From positions 186,001 to 250,000 of IMG/VR virus record IMGVR_UViG_3300014494_000005: a DNA stretch of 64,000 nucleotides; one strand, 5' to 3'. This document shows, piece after piece, positions 1 to 11,517 of this stretch. A program made the translations under genes and the position numbers. The number at the start of each line of letters is the position of its first letter. The first letter of the stretch is position 1. A model generated the notes under the pieces. It worked only from the letters and a program-made list of their open reading frames with translations. It had not been told where the DNA came from and did no database searches.

Positions 1-27
1 AATGGCTTTTTAATATAAAATTATAAA

Positions 28-2793
28 TTATGCCCCAACATCAGCAAATGATGCACCAGAAGGAGTAATTGTAAATGTAATTCCAATAAATTCAACAGCA
101 CGTGTTGGTTTTAAGAATATTTCACCATACAATTCGTTTCTATCCATTGTTTCTGGAGTATTATTTGAATTATCCATTTTAATTCTAAAGTCATTCAAAC
201 CTCTTTCTCTCTTAATACTGTCAAGAATAGGATTTGCTTTTGCCAAGAATTGGTCAATTGTTGTTTGGTCATTTTGTTCAAATACAAGTCTGATAGCAAT
301 ATTTGCAATAAGAACTTTAATTTGAAGTAATAATCTACGAACATTGATTCTATCAAGTGCACTTTCTTTAACTTGTAAAGTTTTTTGTCCGAAGATTGCT
401 GTACCTGCTTCTGCAAAATCAGCCATTGGGTTAATTCTACCAGCATATAAAATATCACGAGCTTCTTGAGACAATTTGTATCTTGATTTAATTGCATTAG
501 TTACACCACGATTTAAACCAGCAGGTGCAAACCAAGGAAATTTTACATTATCTGTAAATGCCATTGCTCTTACAACTTCGCCAGTAGCTGGAATATAAAC
601 ATTAACATTATTTTGATTATCTCTTATTTGAATCCAAGGGAAATATGTACATGAATAACTACTATCAATATCAACATCATTAAGTAATTCCACAACTTGT
701 TGAGCAGCTTCTACATCATCAGGAACACCAGTATTACCATTATTTGTTATATTTATATCAATATTTGGTGAATCAATTACATATAATGAATCGGTTCTTT
801 GTTGTTCAATCATATCAATTGTATCTTGAACTAAAATACTTTGGTCTGACCAGTTAATACCCGGAGTTGAGAAAAGATTAATTGTAACTTGTTCTGGGTT
901 TGAAAATGTATTTATTGCTGTTTGCCATGCATGAAAATCATTTGTTGGTATTGTTTCTGGATGACCGGGATGACCACTAAATATACCACCCTGTTGATAA
1001 CCATCACCATATGAACGGTCTTCACCATTTATACCTCTATTAACATCCCATCCATCAAAACCACGAGCAGGAACAAAAGTGAATTTTCTTGTTTTAATAC
1101 TATAATATGGATTTAGTGGGTCATTGGTATCAAGATATGTTTGTATTTGTCCCGCACCAACTTCAAATTGACCAATATATATTGTACCATTAGTATATAT
1201 ACCAGTTGCACCAGAATCCATATGGAATCCTTTTGTTTTAACAAAACCGTTTTGACCATTATAATTAAAAAAGTTCTGATTAATACCACTACCAGTTGAA
1301 TTGGTACTATCATAACCATGTTCAGAAATACCTAAAAATACTTTATTTACTTTATCAGTTTCGCTATATTTTGTTTTATAGAAAATTTTTGGTGGGATAC
1401 CATTAGTTGTTGGGTCACTTGTTGCTGACATTGCATAGTCATTAAATTCATAACCTTCAAAACCTGCAGGAAATACATCATTTGGAATATCTGTTGCAAG
1501 TTCAACCATAATATATTTACTTGCAAGATTATAAATACCATCAGTAGTACCAATTTTCTGTGCAATATAACTACTAAGTCCTTCAATCATTGTACATTTT
1601 GAATATGTTTCAAGTACTATTGGACTTGCATCAGTATCGTTAAAATCACGAACAACTACATCAAATTCATAAGTGTCTGGATTAATATTAACAATACTTA
1701 TTTTAATTTCATCATTTGCAGCATCACCATCAGAAATACTAATAAATTTGAATAATCTATTAACATGATTACCCATTAATTGAGATACAACCCAAGGAGT
1801 TTCAGGTGTTTGGAATCCAATTTTATAATTTGTAAAATTATTTGAAGTGGCAGTAATTAATGTTGTATTAATACCATAACCAATACCTTCTGAATCTAAT
1901 TTCTGAATAAGGTCAGGATAAATTGCTTGAACCCAAATTTTTGTTTTTTTGTCTTTTGGTGCTGAACCAATTACATTTGGTAAGAAACTACTTGAGTTTG
2001 GATTTAATGATACTGTATAATATTGTGTACTTCCAGTACTATATGCTCTTAGCATAAATTGACTAAATAAATCACCAACACCAATATTTGTAGTATTACC
2101 ACTTACAGTAAGTATAGTTGTATCAAATGTTGTAAGTTGAGTACTATGTGGTTGAATTATTGAAGTACCTCTGCTTCTAATTACAGCTAACACCATATTT
2201 TCATATTGACTATATGAAGTACCTGTAAATAATGTTACTTTATCTCTAGTTGTACCACTTCCAGTCATACTCAATGTAGTTGCAGTAAATGTGTGTACAT
2301 ATTCAGTAAATGTATTACCAAGATGTTTAGTAAATCCTGAAGAATACGTACCTGTTTGACCCTGATACATCAATGCGACACCCAAATATTGGTTATTTGT
2401 AAATGTATGGGTTGAAACAACAGGAATTCCACTTGATGCAACAGTACTTGGGTCAACACCAGCACTTAATGTTATTGCCCATGCATTTCCAGCATCATAT
2501 CCACTAAGTCCTAATACTCTGGTTACCCAAAGTTGATTAGTTTCACTAAGATATGAGTTGGCAACATATGGTAATTGATATTGGAGATTTCCATTTGAAA
2601 GTTTTTGTGTGCTTTGTCCACCAAATCTGCTTGTGAATTGAGTTGAATCTTGAACGAATACAGGTTCAAAAGCAGGTCCTTTAAGTGTTTCTCCTACAAG
2701 ACCCAAACAGGTAATTCCCACATTACGTACAACATACGTTAAATCACGTTCTTTAAATTTTACACCCGGTGAGGTGAATACAAATTCTGCCAT
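28..2793 (-). CDS. Tail sheath protein (T4 gp18-like)
   Basis: N-terminal SPGV..E and GET.KGPAFEP motifs; C-terminal WFAPAG.NRG, RINP, GQKTLQ..SALDRINVRRLL and KPTRAVEFI sheath motifs. Confidence 0.95.
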   Translation of the reverse strand: MAEFVFTSPGVKFKERDLTYVVRNVGITCLGLVGETLKGPAFEPVFVQDSTQFTSRFGGQSTQKLSNGNLQYQLPYVANSYLSETNQLWVTRVLGLSGYDAGNAWAITLSAGVDPSTVASSGIPVVSTHTFTNNQYLGVALMYQGQTGTYSSGFTKHLGNTFTEYVHTFTATTLSMTGSGTTRDKVTLFTGTSYSQYENMVLAVIRSRGTSIIQPHSTQLTTFDTTILTVSGNTTNIGVGDLFSQFMLRAYSTGSTQYYTVSLNPNSSSFLPNVIGSAPKDKKTKIWVQAIYPDLIQKLDSEGIGYGINTTLITATSNNFTNYKIGFQTPETPWVVSQLMGNHVNRLFKFISISDGDAANDEIKISIVNINPDTYEFDVVVRDFNDTDASPIVLETYSKCTMIEGLSSYIAQKIGTTDGIYNLASKYIMVELATDIPNDVFPAGFEGYEFNDYAMSATSDPTTNGIPPKIFYKTKYSETDKVNKVFLGISEHGYDSTNSTGSGINQNFFNYNGQNGFVKTKGFHMDSGATGIYTNGTIYIGQFEVGAGQIQTYLDTNDPLNPYYSIKTRKFTFVPARGFDGWDVNRGINGEDRSYGDGYQQGGIFSGHPGHPETIPTNDFHAWQTAINTFSNPEQVTINLFSTPGINWSDQSILVQDTIDMIEQQRTDSLYVIDSPNIDINITNNGNTGVPDDVEAAQQVVELLNDVDIDSSYSCTYFPWIQIRDNQNNVNVYIPATGEVVRAMAFTDNVKFPWFAPAGLNRGVTNAIKSRYKLSQEARDILYAGRINPMADFAEAGTAIFGQKTLQVKESALDRINVRRLLLQIKVLIANIAIRLVFEQNDQTTIDQFLAKANPILDSIKRERGLNDFRIKMDNSNNTPETMDRNELYGEIFLKPTRAVEFIGITFTITPSGASFADVGA

Positions 2794-3069
2794 GTTATTT
2801 AATTATTTTATTTTTCATTATTATTTTTCATTTTATAAACAATGCCTTATTGTTTTTCAAATAAATACTAAAAAATAATTGAAAAGAAGATTTGTCTTAA
2901 TTATTATCATCTTGTTATTTTGTTCATAAATCCAGATTTTATCAAATTTTATTTATTTCGGTTTATATTTTTAAAAATTTCAATTTTTCTATCTTAAATT
3001 CTTTTAAATTCTTCCAATAAAATTTTATATTTATTTTAAAAAAAATTTTATTTTTAAAAAATAAGTATT

Positions 3070-3077
3070 TATATTTG
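3070..3077 (+). promoter_or_regulatory. Bacteroidota-type -7 element TATATTTG overlapping the phage motif GTATTTATA (3065-3073)
   Basis: Matches TAnnTTTG, about 22 nt upstream of the ATG at 3100. Confidence 0.55.
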
Positions 3078-3099
3078 TAGCACTAAATATTATAAACAT

Positions 3100-4974
3100 A
3101 TGAAAAATATTATAAAAAATATAATTATTGATAATAATACTAATAATATTATATCACGAAGAGCAACAGAATCATTTTTTAAAAAAAATTATAATGAAAT
3201 TTTTAATCAAATAAACAATCAATTCAATTCAACCATATCATTTAATGCAAAATTATATTTATTGTTTTATGATATTCATGAAATACCTTTATGTATTATT
3301 TGTGGAAAACCAGTTAGATTTAAAAAATTTAGTGAAGGATTTTCAAAATATTGTTCAATGCAATGTATTGGAAAAGACAATAATATTAAAATCAAAAGAG
3401 AAAAAACATCAATAAAAAACTTTGGATTTAAATATACATTACTTTCTGAAGAAAAAAAAGAACAAATAAAACAAACCAATTTAGAAAGATATGGTATTGA
3501 ACATCCGCAACAATTAGATAGTGTTAAAGAAAAAACAAAACAAACTAATTTAAAAAAATATGGTGTTGAACATCATCTTAAATTAAAATCTCAACAAGAG
3601 AAACAAAAACAAACCAATTTGAAACGATATAATGTTGAAAATCCAATGCAGAATATTCAAATTAATAATAAATCAAAACAAACAAAAAATAAAAGATATG
3701 GTAATGAATATTATAATAATAAGGAAAAACAAAAACAAACATGTTTAACTAAATATGGTGTTGATTGTACATTAAAAGATAATAATATTAAAGAAAAAAC
3801 CAAACAAACAAATTTAAAAAAATTTGGTGTCAAAATTCCATCACAAAATTCAATAATAAAAAATAAAATTATTCTTAGTGTTAAAAAGACATTACGCATA
3901 AAAAATAAAAAACTATGGGCAAAAAATTTAAACATAAATGAAAATAATGTTGAATATACTATATATGATGAACTTATTATATCTAATTTATGTAAAAAAC
4001 ATAATAATTTTACAATAAATATTTCATTATTAAAAAATCGTTTAAGAGAAAAAATAGAAAATGTCTGTACTGAATGTAACCCAATTTCTGAAAATGTTTC
4101 AATTAAAGAAAACGAAATTAAAGATTTTATTAATAATGAAATAAACATAAAATCAGAAAAAATACGAATTGATAATAAAGAAATTGATATTTATTTACCA
4201 GACAATAAATTAGGTATTGAGTTCAATGGATTATATTGGCATTCAGAATTATATAAAGATAAGAATTATCACCTTAACAAAACTAATTTATGTGAACAAC
4301 AAGGCATACAACTGCTTCACATATTTGAAGATGAGTGGGTTAATAAAAAGGAAATTGTTAAATCAATAATTAAATCTAAGTTAGGTATTATTGAGAATAA
4401 AATATTTGCAAGAAAAACAATACTTAAAGAAATTAATAATATAACATGTAATAACTTCTTAAATAATAATCATATACAAGGTAATATTAATAGTAAAATT
4501 AGAATAGGTTTGTTTTATAATAATGATTTGGTATTGGTTATGACTTTTGGTAAAAAACGTATTGCTATGGGTAATAAAATTAATATTGAAGGAGAGTATG
4601 AGATGCATAGATTTTGCAATAAACTTAATACAAGTGTTATTGGTGGGGCAAGTAAATTGTTTAGCTATTTTACTAAGACATACGCTCCAAAATCAATTTT
4701 AACGTTTGCAGATAGAAGGTATAGTCAAGGTGGTTTATATAAGCAATTGGGATTTACTTTCATTGGCAATACTAAGCCAAATTATTGGTATTATAATAAT
4801 AAAATTAAAGAAATTAAAAGATATTATAGATATTCATTTAGAAAAAATATTCTTATGAAACAAGGTTTTGATAAAAATAAAACAGAATTTGAAATAATGA
4901 ATGATAATGGATATTTAAAAATTTATGATTGTGGTAACATGAAATTTGAAAAAACTTTTGATATTAATATTTAA
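3100..4974 (+). CDS. Putative homing endonuclease: TNLxKYGV repeats, Vsr-like nuclease and C-terminal GNAT/Mom-like domain
   Basis: Several QTNLxxYGV repeats; [16 protein letters not shown] Vsr-like motif; [29 protein letters not shown]-terminus. Confidence 0.7.
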   Translation: MKNIIKNIIIDNNTNNIISRRATESFFKKNYNEIFNQINNQFNSTISFNAKLYLLFYDIHEIPLCIICGKPVRFKKFSEGFSKYCSMQCIGKDNNIKIKREKTSIKNFGFKYTLLSEEKKEQIKQTNLERYGIEHPQQLDSVKEKTKQTNLKKYGVEHHLKLKSQQEKQKQTNLKRYNVENPMQNIQINNKSKQTKNKRYGNEYYNNKEKQKQTCLTKYGVDCTLKDNNIKEKTKQTNLKKFGVKIPSQNSIIKNKIILSVKKTLRIKNKKLWAKNLNINENNVEYTIYDELIISNLCKKHNNFTINISLLKNRLREKIENVCTECNPISENVSIKENEIKDFINNEINIKSEKIRIDNKEIDIYLPDNKLGIEFNGLYWHSELYKDKNYHLNKTNLCEQQGIQLLHIFEDEWVNKKEIVKSIIKSKLGIIENKIFARKTILKEINNITCNNFLNNNHIQGNINSKIRIGLFYNNDLVLVMTFGKKRIAMGNKINIEGEYEMHRFCNKLNTSVIGGASKLFSYFTKTYAPKSILTFADRRYSQGGLYKQLGFTFIGNTKPNYWYYNNKIKEIKRYYRYSFRKNILMKQGFDKNKTEFEIMNDNGYLKIYDCGNMKFEKTFDINI

Positions 4975-4996
4975 TCAAATATTTTTATAAGTATAT

Positions 4997-5437
4997 ATGA
5001 AAATTTATAATTGTTATTTTGATGGTAGTTGTGAACCCAAGAATCCCAACGGAAACATGGGTTGGGGTGTTTATATTACAAGTGAAGACAAAGAATTTAA
5101 AAAATCTAGATTTTATAAAGCAAAAATTGGTAATACTTGTAATATTGCGGAATATCTTGCACTAATAATGATTTTTAAATTAATGAAAAATAAAATAGGT
5201 GTGAGAATTAATATTTACGGTGATAGTAAACTAGTTATTATGCAAACATTGGAATTATGGAAAATAAAGAAAGGATTGTATATTCCATATGCACATCAAG
5301 CAATAGAATTGTACAGAGCATTAAGAAAGAAAAATATTATTACACTTCAATGGATACCTAGAAAAGAAAATAGTATTGCAGATGAATTAAGTAAATCTAA
5401 AAATACAGATACTGGTGTAGTCAATAATAATTATTAA
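4997..5437 (+). CDS. rnhA: Ribonuclease HI
   Basis: YFDGS, TCNIAEYLAL, IYGDSKLV and WIPRKENSIADELS carry the D-E-D-D catalytic set. Confidence 0.9.
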   Translation: MKIYNCYFDGSCEPKNPNGNMGWGVYITSEDKEFKKSRFYKAKIGNTCNIAEYLALIMIFKLMKNKIGVRINIYGDSKLVIMQTLELWKIKKGLYIPYAHQAIELYRALRKKNIITLQWIPRKENSIADELSKSKNTDTGVVNNNY

Positions 5438-5497
5438 TTAAAATTTATAATTCAAATTCATTAAAATCTAATTTAAAATTTAGAAATGGAATATTAT

Positions 5498-5704
5498 TTA
5501 CATAAATTTATAATAATATTTCATAAAATTATGATATAAATATTTTATTATAAATATTGATATTAACACAATATATTCCAATAATAAGTAAATATAAGTT
5601 AATGGATTATAATAATTTGGTGTTAGGTTATAATAACCATCATAATCCATTCCCTCTGCTTCAAATATTAATAAAGCAACTAACCAAGCATATAAATATT
5701 TCAT
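5498..5704 (-). CDS. Small hydrophobic/membrane protein
   Basis: Two hydrophobic stretches; own upstream promoter motif at 5748-5777. Confidence 0.5.
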   Translation of the reverse strand: MKYLYAWLVALLIFEAEGMDYDGYYNLTPNYYNPLTYIYLLLEYIVLISIFIIKYLYHNFMKYYYKFM

Positions 5705-5747
5705 AACTTTTCGTTTTTAGTTAAACATTTAAATCATTTTTCTATTA

Positions 5748-5777
5748 TATACGGATTTCAATTAAAAATGTTACAAA
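5748..5777 (-). promoter_or_regulatory. Phage promoter motif TTTGTAACA-N15-CGTATA
   Basis: Exact motif and spacing recur at 9482-9511, 44044-44073 and 61149-61178, always upstream of an ORF. Confidence 0.65.
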
Positions 5778-5870
5778 CATATGTAAAATTATTATATTAA
5801 ATTCTATTTTTAAAAATATTTTACATAGGTAAGGATTTCTTGATGTTAGTATTTATAAAAAATAATATTT

Positions 5871-8183
5871 ATGAATAAATCTCAAAGAATTTTTTTAGGC
5901 ACTGGCAATACAAGTACTAAAGGTCAAGATAAATATATAAAAGTAAAACTTGAACAGGATGTTGAAACACTTGAATTTTTAACATTAAATCTTAGTACAG
6001 AAGATGCTTATCAAAATTTTAATGCTGATTATGGTGTATTAGTTGGTAGAGTAACAGCAAATGATGGAGTGGGTGTTCCAAATGCTAAAATAAGTATATT
6101 TATTCCATTAACTGATGCGGATGCAGAAGATAGCAATATATATAGTATCTATCCATATAAAACACCCAGAGATAAAAATAATGATGGAAAAAGATATAAT
6201 TTATTACCTCGTGTTTCGGAACTTAATCAAGAAACAGGTACATTTAAACCTAAACAACCTTTTGGTAGTTTTCCAATAAAACCAGAATTAGTTGTAAATG
6301 AATCATTTTTAAATGTATATAAAAAATATTATAAATATACTGCATTAACAAATAGTTCTGGCGATTATATGATTTTTGGAGTACCAACAGGTACACAAAC
6401 AGTTCATCTTAGTGTTGATATTACAGATATTGGTAAATATAGTATGTCGCCTGCAAGTATGATAAATGCCGGATATTCACCAAATCTTTTTACTAAAAAT
6501 GCCTCTGCAGTAAAACCAGCAATTGATTTAACAGATTTACCAAATATTGAAACACAAGAAATTACTGTTGATATAATTCCTTTCTGGGGAGATACCACAA
6601 ATTTTGAAATAGGAATAACACAATTAAACTTTAGAATAAAAGCGATATTATCTTCATCATTTGTTATATTTGGTACTACAATGACAATGGGATTATATGG
6701 TATTTTTGGTAATCCTGCTGCAAGTCCTGATAATTTAGGTTTTTATAGTTTGGATACTGATGATGGTAATTCTGGTGGTCAAAATAGAAATAATATGGAT
6801 ATAAGAACATATAGAACAGCCAATCCAGTAATTAGAGTATTTACATATACTACTGATGTACCACTTGTTGGTGGAAATATTGATTGGATTCATGCTGATA
6901 CAGAAAAACAAATTAGAGAATTAGATAAATCAGAATATATTGAATATAATACTAATGGTGATTTTTTATTAAGCATTCCATGTAATAGAGTTAAAGTAAT
7001 AACAAGTTCAACTGGTGAAGAAACTGTTGTTAATGATAATTCAACATCAGGTGTTTTTACTAAATTTTTTGGAATGATTTTAATTAAATATCCTGACCTT
7101 ATAGAATTACCAGAAAATTCATATTGGTCTTCATCACATAATTATGCTGGTGACCATCCACAACATAAAGCAAGGGGATGGTTTAAAATACCACAAACAG
7201 TTGCTTTACATTCTAATGAAAGTTTTGTTACGTCCGATATTCGTATTAATCCAGTAGGAGCATTAATGAGTGATAATGATTTTTGGAGAAAAAGTTATTA
7301 TGTTTTTACTGGTGGTGGTGTATATAGTGTCGCTCAATTTTATCCAACAAAATGGTCTCACAGTCCTGCTTTTAATACAGCAAATAATGTAAACACTGAA
7401 AACACATTTACTACTTCTATTGGTCATGCTTCTATTGGTGGTTCTTGGTTTAAAGTTGCCGGAACTGATTGGGTAACACAAAGAGAAACAACTGACCAAC
7501 AAAATTATATTATTACTCCATCAACAGGTATCACAAATCCTACACAACGTCAATATATATATGATTTTGCACCAAATGTAATTACTTTTGATAATTTATC
7601 AAATCCTGATAATAAAGGTAATAGATATTTTGGTGGTCAATGGTTAAATTTTTGTTTGTGTTTTCCTTGTTATGGTTGGGCATTTTCTCCTGACTCACCA
7701 AATAGACTTTACGAGTTTGCAGATGTTTATCATAGTCCTAGTGATATTTCCAACAATTTTTTTATTCAATCAAATAATCAAAAATTATTTGCTGGAATAA
7801 AAGATAGTTCCAATATATTAAGAGGTGATGCATTTCAAACAGCATTTATTAATATTCCAAAAAGTGAATTAACACAATTAAGTAAAATTCCAATAAAAGG
7901 TATTAATATTAGAAAATGGAATAATGCTGACCCCGCATATAATAAATATAATGAATATAATCCACATAAAATACAATTATCTGTTTCAAATCAATATTAT
8001 AAATATCAAAATTCAAAACCAATTGGTTATAATACCAATGGTCAAGAATATTATTTATTTGGTTGGGATGAATACGCTCCAACTACAACAATTCCTGCAG
8101 ATGAATTAAAAACAGCTTATTTATTTAAAGGTATGTATGGTAATGATTGTATACAATTATTGGCTGATTTCAATATTATATAA
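5871..8183 (+). CDS. Putative virion structural (baseplate/tail) protein
   Basis: 770 aa, Thr/Asn/Gly-rich; GVLVGRV...GVPNAKISIF beta-sandwich-like N-terminus; GTATTTATA at 5849-5857. Confidence 0.5.
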   Translation: MNKSQRIFLGTGNTSTKGQDKYIKVKLEQDVETLEFLTLNLSTEDAYQNFNADYGVLVGRVTANDGVGVPNAKISIFIPLTDADAEDSNIYSIYPYKTPRDKNNDGKRYNLLPRVSELNQETGTFKPKQPFGSFPIKPELVVNESFLNVYKKYYKYTALTNSSGDYMIFGVPTGTQTVHLSVDITDIGKYSMSPASMINAGYSPNLFTKNASAVKPAIDLTDLPNIETQEITVDIIPFWGDTTNFEIGITQLNFRIKAILSSSFVIFGTTMTMGLYGIFGNPAASPDNLGFYSLDTDDGNSGGQNRNNMDIRTYRTANPVIRVFTYTTDVPLVGGNIDWIHADTEKQIRELDKSEYIEYNTNGDFLLSIPCNRVKVITSSTGEETVVNDNSTSGVFTKFFGMILIKYPDLIELPENSYWSSSHNYAGDHPQHKARGWFKIPQTVALHSNESFVTSDIRINPVGALMSDNDFWRKSYYVFTGGGVYSVAQFYPTKWSHSPAFNTANNVNTENTFTTSIGHASIGGSWFKVAGTDWVTQRETTDQQNYIITPSTGITNPTQRQYIYDFAPNVITFDNLSNPDNKGNRYFGGQWLNFCLCFPCYGWAFSPDSPNRLYEFADVYHSPSDISNNFFIQSNNQKLFAGIKDSSNILRGDAFQTAFINIPKSELTQLSKIPIKGINIRKWNNADPAYNKYNEYNPHKIQLSVSNQYYKYQNSKPIGYNTNGQEYYLFGWDEYAPTTTIPADELKTAYLFKGMYGNDCIQLLADFNII

Positions 8184-8187
8184 CAAG

Positions 8188-8222
8188 AAACCCTCTTAAA
8201 ACTTAATTTAAGAAGGTTTTTT
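8188..8222 (+). terminator. Intrinsic terminator, copy 1 of a duplicated hairpin
   Basis: aaaccctcttaaa-acttaa-tttaagaaggttt followed by a T run, just after the stop at 8183. Confidence 0.75.
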
Positions 8223-8379
8223 ATGTTGCTTAATATTTAAATAAAATTGCAAATTCTTTTATTTCTTTCCACCTTAACCATTATAATAATTCCCATTTAA
8301 TACGATTACAATTACAGAATATATTGTCTTATTAAATCTATTATATAGTATATTTGAATTAAACAAATATAAATGAGAT

Positions 8380-8703
8380 ATGGATGATATGATAGATAAA
8401 ATTCTTAATGATATTAGAAAACTTGATGTTATTTTAACTGATGAAGAACAAACCATATTAATTTCTTATTACAAAGAAAAGAAATTTAGTAGTCTAAATG
8501 ATATGATTATTGCTTTTGTTATTAATGAAGGCAAAACTTTTGATAGAACGAATTGGACTGCTTTTTTAACTGATAAAATTAATTATGAGAAAATTAATAC
8601 AACTATAATAATTGATGAAGATATTATAAAATATTGTAAAGGACTTATATTATATTTATTTACTCAGATATTGCCATATAGAACCAATTATGACAATTTT
8701 TGA
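8380..8703 (+). CDS. Hypothetical protein
   Basis: 107-aa ORF in an accessory insert. Confidence 0.5.
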   Translation: MDDMIDKILNDIRKLDVILTDEEQTILISYYKEKKFSSLNDMIIAFVINEGKTFDRTNWTAFLTDKINYEKINTTIIIDEDIIKYCKGLILYLFTQILPYRTNYDNF

Positions 8704-8924
8704 CTATTTCTTTTTTTATCTCGTAAAATACACCACTCTTTTATTTGTTTATCTGTCATTTTTTCGCCTTCTTTTAAACCTAATTTAGATAATATTTCTA
8801 TATCGGGTTTAAATTCATATTTGTTGGAATCTTTGACAACTCTTATTATTTCTTTAAGACGAACATAATCATTATCATCTATTGATGAATAATTTTCCTT
8901 TTCCAAGTTAATAATTCTATTCAT
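8688..8924 (-). CDS. Hypothetical protein
   Basis: 78-aa ORF with a TATAAATAG variant of the phage motif upstream. Confidence 0.5.
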   Translation of the reverse strand: MNRIINLEKENYSSIDDNDYVRLKEIIRVVKDSNKYEFKPDIEILSKLGLKEGEKMTDKQIKEWCILRDKKRNSQKLS

Positions 8925-8970
8925 TATTTTTTGTTTTCTATAAATAGTATTAAAAAAAATTTATACCATT

Positions 8971-9008
8971 AAAAACCCTCTTAAAACTTAATTTAAGAGG
9001 GTTTTTTT
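8971..9008. terminator. Bidirectional intrinsic terminator, copy 2 of the duplicated hairpin
   Basis: aaaaaccctcttaaa-acttaa-tttaagagggttttttt; near-identical to 8188-8222. Confidence 0.75.
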
Positions 9009-9021
9009 AATGCTTGTATTT

Positions 9022-9429
9022 TTATTGTTTAGATAGATACTCAGTATATCCAAAATCCAATAATACCATTTTATTATTGGTAGGTGCTTTTATAATTGTC
9101 ATGGTATAAGGAGTGTTGTCATCTATAATATTCAAACTTAAAGTAGTTCCAGATATTGTCCAATTATCATAAACACTATGAATTGAAGCAACTTTATCAT
9201 CAGTATTAATACACTTAGTATCTTGAAACTCATAATTATTACCAGTAACAAAGTAATTCAATTTTCCATCAGTATATACTGAATCACAATGCCATTTTCC
9301 CAAATATTCGGGATGAAGCTGACCCGGTGTTTTAGTTACCGGAGTAGGTGTAACATTACCATCGTCTTTTTTACTACAACTTACACTAAGTAAGGTGATT
9401 GCAAGAATAAAATAAATTAAATTTTTCAT
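9022..9429 (-). CDS. Bacteroidota-type lipoprotein with lipocalin-like domain
   Basis: Signal peptide II MKNLIYFILAITLLSVS-C followed by SKKDD; YLGKW motif as in lipocalin-like proteins. Confidence 0.75.
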   Translation of the reverse strand: MKNLIYFILAITLLSVSCSKKDDGNVTPTPVTKTPGQLHPEYLGKWHCDSVYTDGKLNYFVTGNNYEFQDTKCINTDDKVASIHSVYDNWTISGTTLSLNIIDDNTPYTMTIIKAPTNNKMVLLDFGYTEYLSKQ

Positions 9430-9481
9430 TTTTTTGTTTTTAGTTAAACATTTGAATCATAATTTGAATCATTTTCTATTA

Positions 9482-9511
9482 TATACGAATTTCAATCAAA
9501 AATGTTACAAA
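9482..9511 (-). promoter_or_regulatory. Phage promoter motif TTTGTAACA-N15-CGTATA
   Basis: Exact motif upstream of the lipoprotein gene; part of an ~80 nt block shared with 5714-5777. Confidence 0.65.
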
Positions 9512-9544
9512 AACAAGAAAAAAATTTTAAGGTATTTATATTAT

Positions 9545-10693
9545 ATGGATAAAAAGATTCAAATACTGCTTGGTAGTCAGAAAAACACTAATTCTGTTAA
9601 TGTAGATACATACGATAAAGTTGAATTATTCAACAATACATCTGAACTTATGGAATATGATGTTAATGATGCAGTTAGTGAAACTGAAATTTTTAATATA
9701 GAAAGAGAAGAAAATGCAATTTATAGAATTTATGGAAGAATTGAATATATGTCATTATTAAATGGATTAATAAATAATTATACTGAATTTAAAGATTTTT
9801 TAACTCCAAGATTTAATGGTAATTCTAAAACCATAGAAAATTCATTTGAATTCTATTTGGTTAAACCATCAGCACAACATTCTTCATCTATTTTTGTAAG
9901 ACATTTTGAAGTAATTGCAACCCCAAATGATTTTGAACTATTTCCAGTAGGTTTTTCTAATAATGTATATGGTGAACAAACTTACGCATTTAATTTTAAA
10001 AGAGATTTTGATATTTCAACATATTTTGAATCATTTAATTCTCTTAATACAGAACAAAATTATTTAATACCTATAACTGAACTATTTCTATATGCCAAAT
10101 ATATTCCAAGTGTAACAGAAGTTCTTAAATATACTAATTGGGATACTAGTTTAACACCAATTCAAACATTATTAAATACGACACCATTAGTTATAGGTAG
10201 TACTGTATATGGTGATTTAATTAATTATAATATACCAGAATTTCTTCAAACACCTGTATCAGAACAAACATATTATATTTCAACAACATGTTCAGATGTA
10301 AGTGTACTTCGTTGGAAATACAATCCATTTATTTCATTTAAATTAAGATATTTTTCTAATGAACTTGATAGTGCTAATACTGGTAGTACTTCATATGATA
10401 TTATAACAACAATACCAGAATATGCAATACCAATAGATAATAAAGGAAATCTTGTTTGGCGTGATATTTTACCACAAGGATATGTAGACCCATTAACTGG
10501 AATTGGTGTTGATTATCCTTTTGTAAATAAAAGAAGATATTTATTTTCAAGAATTATTTTATCAATAGTTCCAGATATGACCGAACCACATACAAAAGAA
10601 ATATTTAATAATATATGGTTTAGTAAAAATGCAAGTAGTTTAAACATAACACCAATGACAAATTTAGGTAATATAGGAGCACCATGCCAGTAA
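9545..10693 (+). CDS. Putative structural protein
   Basis: Start moved from 9434 to ATG 9545, which directly follows GTATTTATA at 9532-9540. Confidence 0.5.
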   Translation: MDKKIQILLGSQKNTNSVNVDTYDKVELFNNTSELMEYDVNDAVSETEIFNIEREENAIYRIYGRIEYMSLLNGLINNYTEFKDFLTPRFNGNSKTIENSFEFYLVKPSAQHSSSIFVRHFEVIATPNDFELFPVGFSNNVYGEQTYAFNFKRDFDISTYFESFNSLNTEQNYLIPITELFLYAKYIPSVTEVLKYTNWDTSLTPIQTLLNTTPLVIGSTVYGDLINYNIPEFLQTPVSEQTYYISTTCSDVSVLRWKYNPFISFKLRYFSNELDSANTGSTSYDIITTIPEYAIPIDNKGNLVWRDILPQGYVDPLTGIGVDYPFVNKRRYLFSRIILSIVPDMTEPHTKEIFNNIWFSKNASSLNITPMTNLGNIGAPCQ

Positions 10694-11517
10694 TTAAAGA
10701 AACAATAAAATTTAATAATCTTGATTTGAATTTAAAATTCAGTTTAGGTTCTAGTATAGGTCTTACCGGATATCAACAAGAAATAGATAATTTAACAATT
10801 GATACTGAGGACGAACTTATTAATCCTGTAAATGATACTGAAGTACGTAGATTTAATAGTACCATTCAAAATAATTTATCATTTTATTTTCATTTAGATA
10901 GTGCTATAAATGAAATGGCAAATAATGTTGATTCTATTTCATTTATAAATGCAGGATTTACACAAGATGAAATAGATTTTAATCGTGACACAATACGCAA
11001 TAGTTTTTTTATTTTAGATTTTTATGACACCTATAATCCAAATACTCAAATTAAAATATTTACAACATATTTAACAAAAATTCTTGCAAATAATAATACT
11101 GCAAATTATTTAGTTGGTACAAGTCCTTTAATTAATTTTTTAAAAATAAAAAACCAATTTAATTATTGGTATGTACCACAATCATATATTGATTTATCTA
11201 ATGTATATGCTACTGGATACATTAAATTTAGTTTTTATAATGCAAAATATGGTAAAATTCAATTATTTTATAATAGAGATAATCAAGCACTTAAAACACC
11301 AGAAAAATTATATTTTAAAGCAATTTTGAATTTAACTTCGAGAACATGGAGTTTCTCAACAACATCAAGTCCAAATATCAATGCATATGAATTATATAAT
11401 AGTTCTACATATACAAATAAAATAAATAACACAGTATCTGATTTTAATAATTTGAAACAAAATTATCCAACGGGAAATACATTCAATTCTACAAAAGATA
11501 GTTATACAACAGAATAA
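10684..11517 (+). CDS. Putative structural protein
   Basis: 277-aa Asn/Thr-rich ORF overlapping the previous gene. Confidence 0.45.
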   Translation: MPVIKETIKFNNLDLNLKFSLGSSIGLTGYQQEIDNLTIDTEDELINPVNDTEVRRFNSTIQNNLSFYFHLDSAINEMANNVDSISFINAGFTQDEIDFNRDTIRNSFFILDFYDTYNPNTQIKIFTTYLTKILANNNTANYLVGTSPLINFLKIKNQFNYWYVPQSYIDLSNVYATGYIKFSFYNAKYGKIQLFYNRDNQALKTPEKLYFKAILNLTSRTWSFSTTSSPNINAYELYNSSTYTNKINNTVSDFNNLKQNYPTGNTFNSTKDSYTTE

